Positions 63,526 to 64,000 of a stretch of DNA of 64,000 nucleotides are shown piece by piece. The position numbers were made by a program, and so were the translations under genes. Where the stretch lies: the IMG/VR virus record IMGVR_UViG_3300049142_000092, positions 5,185 to 69,184 of that record; one strand, 5' to 3'. The DNA is from a virus. Its lineage: Duplodnaviria; Caudoviricetes. The stretch's first letter is position 1, and every line of letters begins with the position of its first letter. The notes under the pieces were generated by a model. The model did not search any database. It was not told the origin of the DNA and saw only the letters and a list, made by a program, of their open reading frames with translations.

Positions 63526-63778
63526 CCTTGTCCCCCTCCGCCTTCGCAGGGGCCTTCGCCCGCAGTTCCGTCATGCATTCCCGCAGCTCAGACACCAATC
63601 CGGCCTGGAAACGGAAGGAAATGGGGCCGAGGTCGATGCTGTCGGCCAGCCGCAGCGCCGCCGCAGCCGTTGCGGAGGCCCGCAGGTCGGCGGGAAGCCC
63701 CTCGAGCTCGGCCTCGACCGCCCGGCGGACCAGGTTCTCGGGGAGTTCGTCCGGCACGGTCGCTTCTCGTGACCCCAT
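63470..63778 (-). CDS. terS: terminase small subunit
   Basis: Upstream of and overlapping terL; A.A..LA..ID...ELR..M..L...DKVDDLLARRAAR. Confidence 0.8.
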   Translation of the reverse strand: MGSREATVPDELPENLVRRAVEAELEGLPADLRASATAAAALRLADSIDLGPISFRFQAGLVSELRECMTELRAKAPAKAEGDKVDDLLARRAARRRAAPAG

Positions 63779-64000
63779 GTGACGACGCCTCCCTCTGTTA
63801 CGGAGTGTGATGGCCACAAGAGGTGGGCACGTCACGTGTGGTGACGGCCGACAAACGGTTCGGGCTACTCCGAGCCCCCGAACACGCCCTGTTCGACGCC
63901 CTGGCCAGGCGTTTTCGCAGGTCACAGGCGGTTACAGGCCGGTGGCGAGGCCCTGACCTGCAGGAACGCTCGCGAACGTTTCCTGCGTGGGGAGAGAAGG

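Overview
The whole window reads as one temperate siphovirus-type phage genome from a high-GC actinobacterium (WhiB, DUF6221, class F sortase, no LysB). No host housekeeping genes are visible. Left to right: (1) leftward early replication/recombination genes (RusA, replication initiator, SSB, ERF, DUF5131, WhiB, many tiny ORFs); (2) xis / cro-like / repressor / tyrosine integrase; (3) an apparently intact attP at 14.64-14.93 kb (tRNA 3' half flanked on both sides by arm-type repeats), so this is an excised/circular or tandem form; (4) a ~12 kb accessory block with a conjugative mobilisation module (HTH-Nudix regulator, DUF2637/SpdA-like protein, VirD4-type coupling protein, MobF relaxase-helicase, iteron-like repeats, no VirB4/MPF genes), bracketed by 47-bp imperfect inverted repeats; (5) an extended lysis/membrane cassette that includes a class F sortase coupled to a secreted protein ending in VPRGGVATGGG; (6) a tail module carrying carbohydrate-active domains (PL7, PL6, GH16, two further beta-helices); (7) HK97-type head genes with two free-standing endonucleases, then terminase. 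Top candidates for something undescribed are the relaxase + coupling-protein module inside a complete phage, the phage-encoded sortase/substrate pair, and a PL6 lyase split across two tail genes whose starts share a 36-bp repeat that also looks like a leaderless promoter for antisense genes. All assignments come from motif recognition by eye; no database searches were run.
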